Below are positions 28,662 to 38,893 of a stretch of 64,000 bases of DNA, piece after piece (positions within the stretch are counted from its first letter, which is position 1; each line of letters begins with the position of its first letter). Position numbers and translations under genes: made by a program. The stretch is from Candidatus Latescibacterota bacterium (lineage in GTDB: Bacteria > Latescibacterota > UBA2968 > GCA-2709665), in contig OZ241917.1 of assembly GCA_965203805.1 (NCBI GenBank), positions 1,696,001-1,760,000 of the forward strand, read 5' to 3'. The notes below the pieces were generated by a model. The model was not told where the DNA came from. It ran no database searches and saw only the letters and a program-made list of their open reading frames with translations.

Positions 28662-29906
28662 TCAACGCCCTTCGGAAATGACGGGTGCTGCATTGAAGTA
28701 CGACGCGTCGCCAAACCAGGGAAACATGCCGAAGCCCGCATCCAGGTCCCGCTGCTCCCATACAAGTCCGGTTTCGCAATAGCTCAGCGAGCCGTGGGCG
28801 GGTGGCGAAAACTCCGGACGTCCCAGCAGGTCGCTTCGGAACCAGACGCTCCGATGCCCGAAACACACGCCCCTCTCCAGGTTCTCCCGAACGAATTCAA
28901 CCATATGCGGAAACGTCCGCTGGTACTCCGCCCCCCGGCCGTATTCAATATGGGTCTTCAGATTCTCTCCCGCGGCCCGGACTTCGCCCATCGACATGGG
29001 GGCTCCGCCCTTTACGAACAGCGCATCGGCGTTCGGATCCACCACCGCCCATTTGCCGTACTCGTCGAACCAGACCTCAGCCACGAAATGCCCGTTGAAT
29101 CCGTTCACCGCTTCGGTGAGAACGGCGCATCTGGCCGGAATGCCCACCGCCTGGGCGCAGCTTACGAAAGCGGCCGCATAATGAACGCACATCGCCACGG
29201 GCCGCTTTCCGTTGTGTCCCGCCTGCCGCGGCGCCCATGCGAGGAGGGTTTCCGCGTCCCACGGGGCATATTGGCCGGCCCTGAGCGAATTGGTGTGCTC
29301 CCAGCTGGACGCCAGCCAGGCCGACAGCGCACGGACCCGGTGGATCAGCGGGCCCTGGTCCCGCGCGACCGGCGGCAGCAAACGCCTCAACGACACCAGC
29401 CTCGGTGACTCCGCGACCTCCCATGCCATGGCGGGAGGCGGCGGGTCCGCTCCCTCGGCCAGCCGGACCCGGATGACGTATTCACCCAGAACCGAGTTGA
29501 GGTAGCCCATGCGGTCGCTCCGCCATGTCTCGCCGCCGTCGTCGCTCACTCCGCTGTCCGGCGCCGCGTGACCCGCTTCCATCGCGAGCGACCAGCCGTC
29601 CATCGCCGTGCCATCGGTCCAGAGTTCGAAGGTGTTGTCACCGGCTTCCAATCCGGCCACGGACAGCTCATACCAGGAATACGCGCCGGGCCTGTCGGGC
29701 TGGAGCGCCGCCACCTCTGCGCCGTTCAGGGCCACCCGAAGCGGCGCGTCGTTATCGGGATAGGGCCGGGCGAGGATGTAGACCCGCCCGGGCGCGTCCG
29801 TCGCGGGCAACGCGAGTGTCTTTCGCGCCCGCCGGAACGTCGTCAACTCCTCGCAAAGAGACGGCATGACCCGTCCGTCTTCGCTGTAATACAATCGGCT
29901 CATCAA
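28662..29906 (-). CDS. Transglutaminase-like domain protein
   Basis: Cys-His-Asp triad pattern MCVHYAAAF..GIPAR, HFVAEVW, WAVVDP; N-terminal beta-rich domain. Confidence 0.8.
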   Translation of the reverse strand: MMSRLYYSEDGRVMPSLCEELTTFRRARKTLALPATDAPGRVYILARPYPDNDAPLRVALNGAEVAALQPDRPGAYSWYELSVAGLEAGDNTFELWTDGTAMDGWSLAMEAGHAAPDSGVSDDGGETWRSDRMGYLNSVLGEYVIRVRLAEGADPPPPAMAWEVAESPRLVSLRRLLPPVARDQGPLIHRVRALSAWLASSWEHTNSLRAGQYAPWDAETLLAWAPRQAGHNGKRPVAMCVHYAAAFVSCAQAVGIPARCAVLTEAVNGFNGHFVAEVWFDEYGKWAVVDPNADALFVKGGAPMSMGEVRAAGENLKTHIEYGRGAEYQRTFPHMVEFVRENLERGVCFGHRSVWFRSDLLGRPEFSPPAHGSLSYCETGLVWEQRDLDAGFGMFPWFGDASYFNAAPVISEGR

Positions 29907-30015
29907 GGCCTCTCTCTAGTGTGCCCGCCGCGTCGGGCCGCAGGAAACTACGCGCGGACCCTTATCCTGACATCGCTCTCCATGGAAAGCAGTGACATTT
30001 GCCGGATCCCCGCGT

Positions 30016-30918
30016 CTATTTTCCAATGTATTCCGGAAAAGCAAGTTTCCAGTTTTCGTAAATGATGTTGTGGATCACTTCATCCGGAACCCTTGGAAAA
30101 TTCGTCCCTTCCACCACGTCGTTTACCTTCCACTGGCCGGCAATCACCTGCGCCGCCGTGGCCGATGGAAAATCGGACCCGAAAATCAGTTTGTGTTCCA
30201 CGCCGTATTCGATGGCCGACATGAAGGCCTGGTAGTGCCGCCTGGGCCGGTAGTGAAGCGCCGACACGTTGGTGTAGAGATTGGGGTGCTTTCGAATCAG
30301 CACCACGCACTCATCCTCCCAGGGATGCCCCATGTGGGAAATGACGATGCGAAGATCCGGACACGCGATTGCAATGTCTTCGAGTTGAATCGGATTCGCG
30401 TACTTCAACGGACCGGTCCGGACGAACGAGGTACCCTGGTGGATGTTCAGCGGTATGCCGAGCGATTCCGCCTTTTTGAAGAACGGCAGGTGTCGGGGAT
30501 CCCCGGGGTCCCAATTCTGATAGATCGGCGCCACCTTCAGCCCCCGTAGCCCGAGATCCTCAACACAGTGCACCAGCTGATCGATGCAGTCCGCGTCGTT
30601 CGGATTGACCGAACCCCATCCGTAAAACCGGTCCGGATGGTCATTCACGAATGCGGCCACCAGGTCCTGGGGCACGTCGATTCCCACGTGCGGCGCCCGC
30701 AGACCGAACACGATCACCCGGTCGCAATCCTCGGTGGCCGCCAGCAACTGCTCGGGCCTGGCGTCGAATGCATTGCGTTCGTCGCGGGCGTCGGCGGCGA
30801 AATACACGTCGGGCGACAACCGCATCTTTGCCTTCTTGGCGGCAAGCGCGGACTCGACGAACTCATCCGACAGATGGTCCGGATACCACAGTAAATTGGT
30901 ATGGGTGTCGAAAAGCAT
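30016..30918 (-). CDS. Amidohydrolase_2 family protein
   Basis: DTHTN, GLKVAP, NIHQG, ISHMGHPW and LIFGSDFP motifs. Confidence 0.88.
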   Translation of the reverse strand: MLFDTHTNLLWYPDHLSDEFVESALAAKKAKMRLSPDVYFAADARDERNAFDARPEQLLAATEDCDRVIVFGLRAPHVGIDVPQDLVAAFVNDHPDRFYGWGSVNPNDADCIDQLVHCVEDLGLRGLKVAPIYQNWDPGDPRHLPFFKKAESLGIPLNIHQGTSFVRTGPLKYANPIQLEDIAIACPDLRIVISHMGHPWEDECVVLIRKHPNLYTNVSALHYRPRRHYQAFMSAIEYGVEHKLIFGSDFPSATAAQVIAGQWKVNDVVEGTNFPRVPDEVIHNIIYENWKLAFPEYIGK

Positions 30919-30952
30919 GACCTGCCCCCATTGGCCACACGGATGGAGAATG

Positions 30953-32539
30953 CTACCCCAGGAACCGCCTCAGCACGTTGCCGGTGATCCTGGACAGTTC
31001 ATCGCTGACCAGAAGCGAGCTGATATATGTGATCGACCCCGTAGAAAAGACGGCGCCGCCACCGTCCGGCTCGTGAACGACCATATGGGCGCCTCCGTCG
31101 TTTTCGTTCATCCCTCTGGCAAGCAGCTCGACGTTTTTCGGCGAGAATCTGGATGAGATCTTGTCGGTTTCGTGCCCGGACGCTCCGCCCGGAATCCGCA
31201 TGTGCAGGTACTCCCTGCCGAAGATATCTCCGTCGCCGAGGCCCGTGCCCTCGTATGCCCAGTGGCCGGAGTCGACGACCCTGTACGGCGCGGCGGTCAT
31301 GATGCCGGCATCGGTAAACACCACCCCGAGCAGGTTGGCCTCGGACTCCTGGCGCATATGCATGCGGCTTTCAAATCCACCGTCCCGCTGCTGGCGCAGG
31401 TTGCCGTTCCGGACGATCATCGTATCCTCGTCCACGAACTCCACCTCACAGTTCAGCCCGTTGCCGCCCAGATACATCAGCCTGCCGCCACGGTTGAATA
31501 CCCAGTCCTTCACCTCGTAATACATCTTGCTGGACCAGTATTCGGGATGGGGTCCCAGGATCAATACCGCGTAGTCGTCCAGGTTCAGCGCGTCGAAATG
31601 CAACTGGGTCTCCGAATAAAGGTCGTATTCGAACCCCTCGCGTTCCAGCCACCCCAGCAACCGCCACTCCGCCGGCGCGACGTGATTGGGCGCACGGCCC
31701 TCGATCGGATCGGTTACCTGCTCGTCCTCCGGCACGACATTGATCGGCTCCGGACGTTCGAAAGACAGCGGCAGGTAGTCATCCGCGTCGTAATTGATAT
31801 GTTCCGGATCGGTGTAGCGCTTCAACTCGAGCCGGGCATTGATGGTGGGTGTGGAAGGCATCCTGTCCGGATGAATATAGTTGCTGCGACCTCCGAAATT
31901 GTTATAGCAGTTCCAGTTGATGTCTGACGCCAGCACGGCCACCTTCGCCGACGGCTCGGCAGGCGCCACAACCCATGGAAACGAGAAAAACAGTCCGGAT
32001 TCCGTTCTGGCATGAAAGTAGTAGAGGCCGGACCTCCCGGGCGCTGCGACAAGCTGTTTGTGACCGGGGCTGGTATATCCGAACCTGTTCCACTGCGCGC
32101 CTGCCTGCGAATAGTCGCCGTCGGGAGTCAGCTGGACGGTGGCCCTGGGCCCGTGCTCGTCGTACCATCCGATCGGACGGATAAGTTCCTTTTTCCATCC
32201 GTAACGCCACAACTCCAATTTATACGATTCGTGCGAATGCACGCGAAACTCGGACCGATCGCCCGACTTGACGCATTTGGGCCAGACGTAGCCCATCAGA
32301 CAGTCCTTCAGCAGGCGAAACTGATGGGGTTCGTCCGGCGTGACTTCCACGTCGACGATTTTCGACCCGTACCCGTTGCAAGCCAGAATCACCCGATGCC
32401 GCCCCGGCGTCACGTCCGCATAGACCGCACCCGATGCCGACGAACGGGCCAGCACCGCGTTTCCCGACGGGTCCCGGAACTCCAGAGCCACGTCGGAAAG
32501 GGCGATATAACGCTCGTCACTCACGTAACCCACCAGCAT
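30953..32539 (-). CDS. N,N-dimethylformamidase large-subunit family protein
   Basis: SGLYYF, YNNFGGRSNY, SFERP, HPEYWS, LMYLGGNG, GHETD and AVFSTGSI motifs. Confidence 0.8.
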   Translation of the reverse strand: MLVGYVSDERYIALSDVALEFRDPSGNAVLARSSASGAVYADVTPGRHRVILACNGYGSKIVDVEVTPDEPHQFRLLKDCLMGYVWPKCVKSGDRSEFRVHSHESYKLELWRYGWKKELIRPIGWYDEHGPRATVQLTPDGDYSQAGAQWNRFGYTSPGHKQLVAAPGRSGLYYFHARTESGLFFSFPWVVAPAEPSAKVAVLASDINWNCYNNFGGRSNYIHPDRMPSTPTINARLELKRYTDPEHINYDADDYLPLSFERPEPINVVPEDEQVTDPIEGRAPNHVAPAEWRLLGWLEREGFEYDLYSETQLHFDALNLDDYAVLILGPHPEYWSSKMYYEVKDWVFNRGGRLMYLGGNGLNCEVEFVDEDTMIVRNGNLRQQRDGGFESRMHMRQESEANLLGVVFTDAGIMTAAPYRVVDSGHWAYEGTGLGDGDIFGREYLHMRIPGGASGHETDKISSRFSPKNVELLARGMNENDGGAHMVVHEPDGGGAVFSTGSITYISSLLVSDELSRITGNVLRRFLG

Positions 32540-32613
32540 ATCTCACTCCCCCTTGATGGTTCTCCGCCTCGAGTTATGTCTGTCCGACCGTGACCCGCGG
32601 GCGGTCTCAACGC

Positions 32614-34014
32614 TCAGTCACGGTACCCCGGCGGATGCGATGCACGCCAGTCCGTCGCCTGTTCATACGCATAGGCCAGCCGGAGAATCGTCGTTTCGTC
32701 GTACGGTTTGCCCGTAAGCTGCAGTCCCACCGGAAGCCCGTTCGACGTAAATCCGCAGGGTACGGATACCGCGCACAGGCCCAGCCAGTTTACCAGCCGC
32801 GTAAGCAAACGCGCGGGCTCCCCGCGGTCCAGATCGCGCAGACGCGGCGCGGAACTCAACATCGTGGGGCCGGCGACGGCCTCGACGTCGGCCAGACGGG
32901 CCGCCGACGTGCGCATCATCCCGCCTCGTTTGCGCTGAATCCCGGCCAGATCGACCCCAAGCAATCCCGGCTCGACCTCGAGACGCGCGCGGACCACGGG
33001 CCCGAACGAATCCGGCGCGTCTTTCAACGCCTCGCGGTGGACAGAGACCGCCTCGGTCCTCAGAAGCCTCAGGTTGTCTTCCTCTTTTTCGGCCTGCACC
33101 GCCTCGGGAAACGGCATTTCCCTGACGTTAACGCCCAGACCGGCCAGGACCCGGATGGCGTCCTCCACAAGGGAGACGACCTCCGGATCCGCGCCGCTGA
33201 AGAAGGGCTCGCGGACCACCGCGATCCGAAGGCCGCCGACATCCTTCTTCAGCATGCCCATGACGTCGCCCACCGGCAGATCGAGGGCCGTGGCGTCTTC
33301 GACGTCGGCGCCCGCGATCGCCGTGTACATCAGCGCGACGTCCTCGACGCATCTGGCCATCGGGCCGATCGTGTCCAGCGTCCAGGAAAGCGGCATCACG
33401 CCCGCCGTGCCGATACGGCCCGTTGTGGTCTTGAGGCCGACGACGCCGCAGTAAGCCGCCGGTATCCGTACCGAGCCCCCGGTATCCGTGCCGATGGCCG
33501 CTGCGGCAAGACCGGCTGCGACGGCCACGCCTGACCCGCTGCTGGATCCGCCCGGAACCCTCTCGGGGTCCCACGGATTCGGAGGCGTTCCGAAATGCGG
33601 ATTGATTCCGAAAGGGCCGAACGCGTATTCGACGAGATTCGTCTTGCCCAGCAACACCGCGCCCGCACGCGCCAGCCGCTTTGCCACCGTCGAGGTCCGC
33701 GCCGGCACATAGTCCTTCCGCGCCCAGGCGCCCGACGTCGTTCGAATGCCCGCGGTATCGCAAAGGTCTTTCAGCGCGATCGGAACGCCATGCATCGGTC
33801 CGAAGTCGTTTCCCGACCGGAGGGCCAGTTCCGCGGCCTTCGCGTCCGCCCGCGCGCGGTCCGCCGTTACGGTAATGAATGCGTTCGTCCCGGGCTGATA
33901 GCGATGGATTCGCTCCAGATACGCATCCGTTACCGCCACGGGCGAGACCTGCCCGCCGCGGTACAGCGCGGCGAGTTCCGTCGCCGTCAGAAAATGTAGC
34001 GCTTGTTCCGCCAT
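32614..34014 (-). CDS. Amidase (amidase-signature family)
   Basis: HGVPIALKD, GKTNL, PGGSSSGS, GTDTGGSVRIPA and GLPVGLQL motifs. Confidence 0.93.
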   Translation of the reverse strand: MAEQALHFLTATELAALYRGGQVSPVAVTDAYLERIHRYQPGTNAFITVTADRARADAKAAELALRSGNDFGPMHGVPIALKDLCDTAGIRTTSGAWARKDYVPARTSTVAKRLARAGAVLLGKTNLVEYAFGPFGINPHFGTPPNPWDPERVPGGSSSGSGVAVAAGLAAAAIGTDTGGSVRIPAAYCGVVGLKTTTGRIGTAGVMPLSWTLDTIGPMARCVEDVALMYTAIAGADVEDATALDLPVGDVMGMLKKDVGGLRIAVVREPFFSGADPEVVSLVEDAIRVLAGLGVNVREMPFPEAVQAEKEEDNLRLLRTEAVSVHREALKDAPDSFGPVVRARLEVEPGLLGVDLAGIQRKRGGMMRTSAARLADVEAVAGPTMLSSAPRLRDLDRGEPARLLTRLVNWLGLCAVSVPCGFTSNGLPVGLQLTGKPYDETTILRLAYAYEQATDWRASHPPGYRD

Positions 34015-34062
34015 AGCCGAAGGCTCATCGATCGGGCAGTACGCAGGGGTCGCATCTCGTCC

Positions 34063-34398
34063 TTAACAGCCCGGTCCCCTGATCTCATGCCGCGCAACCT
34101 GCTCCGGTAGCAAACCGCGTGCGAATCCGTCGGGATCGGCCCGATGACCCTCGACGAGTTTCCGGATCTCTTCCAGCACCCGTTCCCGATCGTACAGTCC
34201 GTACCGATAGATGTCCATGGGGCCGATCAGTTTCAGATAGAAATGGTTACCCGCGTCGTGTTCCTCCGCGCATGCGCTTGGTTTCTGCGCAGTCTCCAGT
34301 TGTTCTTCAAACGCGTCCGCGAACGCCGCCAGCAGCGGCTCACCCCACAGATCAGCCGGGATCTCCGGGAACCGGGTCGCCAGTTCCTGAACCGTCAT
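34063..34398 (-). CDS. Hypothetical protein (111 aa)
   Basis: AAGGAG SD before MTVQELAT; co-oriented within the operon. Confidence 0.7.
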   Translation of the reverse strand: MTVQELATRFPEIPADLWGEPLLAAFADAFEEQLETAQKPSACAEEHDAGNHFYLKLIGPMDIYRYGLYDRERVLEEIRKLVEGHRADPDGFARGLLPEQVARHEIRGPGC

Positions 34399-34804
34399 CC
34401 GTTGTCTCCTTTCCCTGAGAACCTGTCTCCCGCAGCAATTCATCGGGAATCCGTTTTCGCCCCTGATAACCTTCCATGGGACCGTGATAATGCGTTACGC
34501 GCTCCTCATCGCTCCGCCAGCAGAGTAACACTTCCTCGCCGTCGATTACGGCGGGAAAATCAACCAGACCGAGGTTGAAGTTAGGGTCCTTATAAGAACA
34601 CCCGATGGCCTCCAGCTCCTCGAAGAATTCATTCAATGTCGCAATCAGTTTCCTGATCTCCGCATCGTCGGCCGCGGCCGGCCCCAGTTCCCCGGCAAGC
34701 TGACGCAAACGGCGCCCTGAAACCTGGATATCGGCGACAATCCTCTTCACCAGGGGCAACGTCCGGTTGGCCTCCACAGGCGTGAAATACCTGATCTCTT
34801 TCAT
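34352..34804 (-). CDS. DUF2203 family protein
   Basis: FTPVEANRTLPLV, GLVDFPA, LLCWRSDE and YQGRKRI motifs. Start at MKEIRYF. Confidence 0.85.
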   Translation of the reverse strand: MKEIRYFTPVEANRTLPLVKRIVADIQVSGRRLRQLAGELGPAAADDAEIRKLIATLNEFFEELEAIGCSYKDPNFNLGLVDFPAVIDGEEVLLCWRSDEERVTHYHGPMEGYQGRKRIPDELLRETGSQGKETTDDGSGTGDPVPGDPG

Positions 34805-34817
34805 CCGCGCCATCCCC

Positions 34818-35885
34818 TTAGGACGCTTCGCCCTGCGCGCCGGAATCCGCCGGTTGACCATCAGGGCCGGCAGCGGCGCCGGACACGAAATCGTCCAGAC
34901 GTATCAATGCGCCGCCTGCGGAGGCGGACGCATTGGCTCCCAACACCGCTGCCAGACTGTTCAGCGCCTGCCCGTACCCGTTCCGCAGTCCGGACGCGTC
35001 ACCCGACCGGATCGCGTCGACGAATGCCCTCGCCTGGCCGGCGAACGGATTGTCCCTGTCCGGGAGTTCGAAAATCGTCTCTCCGTTCTCCACGACCCTT
35101 TCGGCGGACCATTCCAGCAGCGAATCGTCGCACACCACAAGCACTTCCCGCCGGGACGCATTGACGTTCGTCAGCACGCGCGAGGTCGTGACGCTGGCGA
35201 CGACGCCGCTTTCGAAGCGGTAATTCACATCGTACACGTGGGGCAGATTGATCGGCTCCGGCCCTTCTCCGGGCTTGCGATAATAATAAAACGCCGAGAC
35301 CTCCGTGACATCGCCGAGGAAGAACCTGAGCAGATCCACCATGTGGATCGTATTCTCGACGAACGATCCGCCGCATAGCTCGAAACGGCTCGTCCAGTAG
35401 CGAATATGCGCGCCGCTGTAGAGCAGTTGCACCAGCGCATGTCTCGGAGTCCGATCCGATATCCGATCCCGGATGAACGCTGCGGTCGCGTAATAGCGGC
35501 TCATGAAGCCGACCTGAGACGGAACTCCCGACTTTCTGACTGCCTCGCTGAACCGGACGGCCTGCGCGATGTCCAGGGTCTGGGGTTTCTCCACCATGAC
35601 CGGGATCCCTTTTTCCGCGGCAATCAACTCGGCATCCGTATGCAGGGTAGGCGGAATGCAGATGTAGACTCCGTCCAATTCCTCTTTCTCGAACATTTCA
35701 CGATGGTCCGAATATACGGCATTCGCCCCGAAGGCCCGCGCCTGACCGGCGGCCGTTTCCTCGTCCGCGTCGCAGAACGCCTGAAGGATCACCAGACCTT
35801 TATCCGCCAGTTCGGCCAGGGGCGGGAGATGGGCATTAACCGTGATGTAACCCAGACCGATAAAGCCGAGTCGCGCCGCTTCCAT
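34818..35885 (-). CDS. Gfo/Idh/MocA oxidoreductase
   Basis: GFIGLG, VEKP, GGSFVENTIHMVD. Start at MEAARL. Confidence 0.9.
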   Translation of the reverse strand: MEAARLGFIGLGYITVNAHLPPLAELADKGLVILQAFCDADEETAAGQARAFGANAVYSDHREMFEKEELDGVYICIPPTLHTDAELIAAEKGIPVMVEKPQTLDIAQAVRFSEAVRKSGVPSQVGFMSRYYATAAFIRDRISDRTPRHALVQLLYSGAHIRYWTSRFELCGGSFVENTIHMVDLLRFFLGDVTEVSAFYYYRKPGEGPEPINLPHVYDVNYRFESGVVASVTTSRVLTNVNASRREVLVVCDDSLLEWSAERVVENGETIFELPDRDNPFAGQARAFVDAIRSGDASGLRNGYGQALNSLAAVLGANASASAGGALIRLDDFVSGAAAGPDGQPADSGAQGEAS

Positions 35886-35886
35886 G

Positions 35887-36783
35887 CTAAACCTCCTCGA
35901 TCTTCCGGACGAGGTCCGGCGGGAGGTACTCGCCGTCCGAAACCGATACACACACTTCCAGCTCGTCCGGATCGGATGCCCCGCAAAGCAGCAAGGACAC
36001 CCGCGGGTCCGAGAGCAGATAACGAAGCGCTACGTTCACGATGCCCGCCGGCTCGTCCGCAAGCAATCCCTCCAAGCGGCGCAGCCTGGGGTGCAACTCG
36101 CGGAAACGTCCATTCTCAACGAACCGGTCGCGCTTGGACCCGAGGAGACCGCCGTGCAGGGGGGAAGCGGCGATCACGGCCACGTTTTCCGCGGCCGCGA
36201 CAGGAACCAGGACATCCCTGGCTTCCTGCGTCAGCAAGTCGTATTTGCAGAACGTGATCACTGAGACAAATTCGTCCGTCTCTTCAAGGATTTCTCCCAT
36301 CAATGACAGGTCGGACCCGGTCAATCCGATATGCTCCACAAGCCCCTGCGAACGAATATCCAGCAGCGTTTCCAGGGTTCGTTCCGTTCCGAAAATGCCC
36401 TCCCAGCCGGCCTGCTCCGCTTCATGTACCTGCAGCAGATCCACACGATCCCGCCGAAGGCGCTTCAAGCTGGCTTCGAACCCGCGCCAGATCGCGTCCC
36501 GGGTATAATCGAACGGTTCAGGATAATAGCCCGCCTTGGTCGCCAGATAGTGCGGTTCCGTCACGCCCTCCAGGGCAAGCCCCAGAACCTCCTCGCTTCG
36601 GCCCTCCCCGTAAAGCGGCGCGGTATCGAAAAAATTCACGCCCAACTCGAGTGCGCGCTCTACCAGCTTGACCCCGTGCGCGTCGGGCAGCAGGCCCTCC
36701 TCGGGCCGGCCGTAAAACCACGAACCGCCCAGCCCCACCTCGCTCACCTGCCATCCGGTCCTGCCAAAACACCGGTACCGCAT
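35887..36783 (-). CDS. Aldo/keto reductase
   Basis: FFDTAPLYG, ATK and SLKRLRRDRVDLLQVH motifs. Confidence 0.92.
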   Translation of the reverse strand: MRYRCFGRTGWQVSEVGLGGSWFYGRPEEGLLPDAHGVKLVERALELGVNFFDTAPLYGEGRSEEVLGLALEGVTEPHYLATKAGYYPEPFDYTRDAIWRGFEASLKRLRRDRVDLLQVHEAEQAGWEGIFGTERTLETLLDIRSQGLVEHIGLTGSDLSLMGEILEETDEFVSVITFCKYDLLTQEARDVLVPVAAAENVAVIAASPLHGGLLGSKRDRFVENGRFRELHPRLRRLEGLLADEPAGIVNVALRYLLSDPRVSLLLCGASDPDELEVCVSVSDGEYLPPDLVRKIEEV

Positions 36784-36868
36784 CCAGTTCCCGTCCTGTC
36801 CGGATTCTTCGAACCCGCGTTGAGTCGCGACCGCGGAAATCCTTGCGCGGAAACCGCACCCTGCCTTC

Positions 36869-37576
36869 TCATCGAACGTCTCGATAAAGACGGCTCAGCC
36901 ACTTATCCGAAACCGAACAAAGGTAAAGGATTCGAATCGTCCACATCCAAATGACCGACCTGACGACACCCCAGCGGCGCCACCGTCGGGTGGACGTGCG
37001 GACGCTGCCGTCAAGCAGGACGAATCGACCCAGCTTACTTACAGCGGCGCAGAACTCCGAGTCCTCGAAGAGCTCCACCTCGGGAAACCCGGCCACCCGG
37101 TCGAAAACGCGACGCCGGACGTAGACTCCCTGGTCTCCGTACGTCACCCCCAGATACCTTGACCGCATCGTGGATAGCAGGGCGATCGCGCGAAAAACCC
37201 ACGTATCCTCGGAAAGCCCCATTCGGAACCGGCCGCCCACCACATCCGGTTTCTCGAGGGATTCAAGGATCATCCGGATGCCGCCGGCGGGCAAAAACGT
37301 ATCGGCGTGCAGAAACAGCAGCACGTCCCCCGTGGACGACCTCGCCCCGCGGTTCATCTGTACGGATCGACAGGACCTCGGCGACGTCACCAGCCGGACT
37401 GTCCCGGTTGCCCGGACTCGCTCCCGCGTACCGTCGCAACTGCCCCCGTCGACCACAATCACTTCAACGTTCCGTTGTCCGCGGAACTGCGCCAGGCATC
37501 CGTCAATGGTGTCCGCTTCATTGACAACGGGGATAATAACACTGACCTGCAACGGACTCTCGCGAGAAGAATTCAA
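36869..37576 (-). CDS. GT2 glycosyltransferase (TIGR04283-like)
   Basis: VSVIIP, VVDGGS, QMNRGA, FLHAD, YGDQG, FED, TSTRRW. Start approximate (TTG overlapping the upstream TGA). Confidence 0.85.
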   Translation of the reverse strand: MNSSRESPLQVSVIIPVVNEADTIDGCLAQFRGQRNVEVIVVDGGSCDGTRERVRATGTVRLVTSPRSCRSVQMNRGARSSTGDVLLFLHADTFLPAGGIRMILESLEKPDVVGGRFRMGLSEDTWVFRAIALLSTMRSRYLGVTYGDQGVYVRRRVFDRVAGFPEVELFEDSEFCAAVSKLGRFVLLDGSVRTSTRRWRRWGVVRSVIWMWTIRILYLCSVSDKWLSRLYRDVR

Positions 37577-38154
37577 CCCGCGGCGCCATGCCCTTGCATC
37601 AGAAATCTGCGCGCGTAGCTTACGGTCGAAACCAGCAGAAGCACGGCCGACAGGTAGAGAAAGGGAACCTTCAGCGGCTGCGTATCCATCGCGTAGGCAA
37701 TCAGAAGCACACTCATCGCACAGGTGGTCAGCTTGCCCCAGATATTGGAAGAAAGCACGATTCGGTCCCGCGATATCAGGAATACCCCCGCCAGCACAAT
37801 CGAGATATCGCGTCCCACAACCACCACGACGACCCAGAGCGGCAGCCCCTTGACGAGCGCCAGCATGATGGCGATCGCATCGATCGCCACCTTGTCCGCC
37901 AGAGGATCCAGGATCGTCCCCCAGCGCGTCACGGTTCTGAAGTGCCTTGCGAGGTATCCGTCCAGAATATCGGTGATAATCATCACCATGACAACCGTGA
38001 ACAGGAACCACTTGTACACCGGCCCCATCCAGATCAACCAGAGTACGGGCCCCGTCAACGCGGCCCGGAGCAGGCTGAGGCTGTTTGAAATCGTCCAGAA
38101 CGGATTGACCGCAAGATCCTCGACAGACCTGGAAGCGCATGCATTTTCACTCAT
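37573..38154 (-). CDS. CDP-alcohol phosphatidyltransferase (PgsA-like)
   Basis: TDILDGYLAR...GTILDPLADK and WGKLTT motifs. Confidence 0.9.
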   Translation of the reverse strand: MSENACASRSVEDLAVNPFWTISNSLSLLRAALTGPVLWLIWMGPVYKWFLFTVVMVMIITDILDGYLARHFRTVTRWGTILDPLADKVAIDAIAIMLALVKGLPLWVVVVVVGRDISIVLAGVFLISRDRIVLSSNIWGKLTTCAMSVLLIAYAMDTQPLKVPFLYLSAVLLLVSTVSYARRFLMQGHGAAG

Positions 38155-38810
38155 CGTTCTGCCTGTTCGCCCGGTGAGAGCACCACTCCGCCCATATTGG
38201 CCAATTCGCAAAACGCGTCACGCGCGGGCCCCCACGTGGTCAGGTGATAGCTCCCGTCCGGCAATTTCTGGCTTCGGGTGAAGTTCGCGAAGATGCACGA
38301 CATTCCGTCGTGCTCCGTCCGGCTGACACGCGGCACTCCCGCCCAGGGGATGGCCAACCTCGCGCACCATCGCCCGCTCGCATCGAATTCCTCAACCGAC
38401 CATTCCAGCCCGGGTACGTCGAATTTCGACATCGCCCGCCAGTCCGCCTCCTTCTCGTCCGGGAAGTACAGATCCAGAACCGCGCCAAGGGGGTTTACCT
38501 CGATTTCGTAGTAGCCTCCGCCCGCTCGGAGGAAGACCTCCACCGCGCATTCGTTGAAGAGATCCTGGTCCCGTGCCCGCATTGTCACGGGAACCGGAGA
38601 CGGATCCGAGACGAGACACACGTAGAGGGCACGCTCGTCCCAGAGCGCCGATGCTTCGAGGAAGAAACCGGGCGGATCGTCATCCGTACCGAGCAGATGG
38701 AATGCCTGGTTGATCCTGCCTGCAAGGTCCCACGCTGTCCCGGAGGTCTTCCCGTGCAGTGGCGGCGGGGCGGAAACGTTTCTGCAGCAGTAAACGGGTC
38801 GCTCTCTCAT
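38151..38810 (-). CDS. Carbohydrate-binding family 9-like (DOMON-like) protein
   Basis: LWDERALYV, ECAVEVFL, YYEIEVNPLG and LAIPW motifs. Confidence 0.75.
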   Translation of the reverse strand: MRERPVYCCRNVSAPPPLHGKTSGTAWDLAGRINQAFHLLGTDDDPPGFFLEASALWDERALYVCLVSDPSPVPVTMRARDQDLFNECAVEVFLRAGGGYYEIEVNPLGAVLDLYFPDEKEADWRAMSKFDVPGLEWSVEEFDASGRWCARLAIPWAGVPRVSRTEHDGMSCIFANFTRSQKLPDGSYHLTTWGPARDAFCELANMGGVVLSPGEQAER

Positions 38811-38893
38811 TGCGGATCCCTTCTCTGATACATGATTCCATACCATCGCTCGTTCAGGCCATGACAGGGCCGCAGCCACCTGCCCCGGGACCG

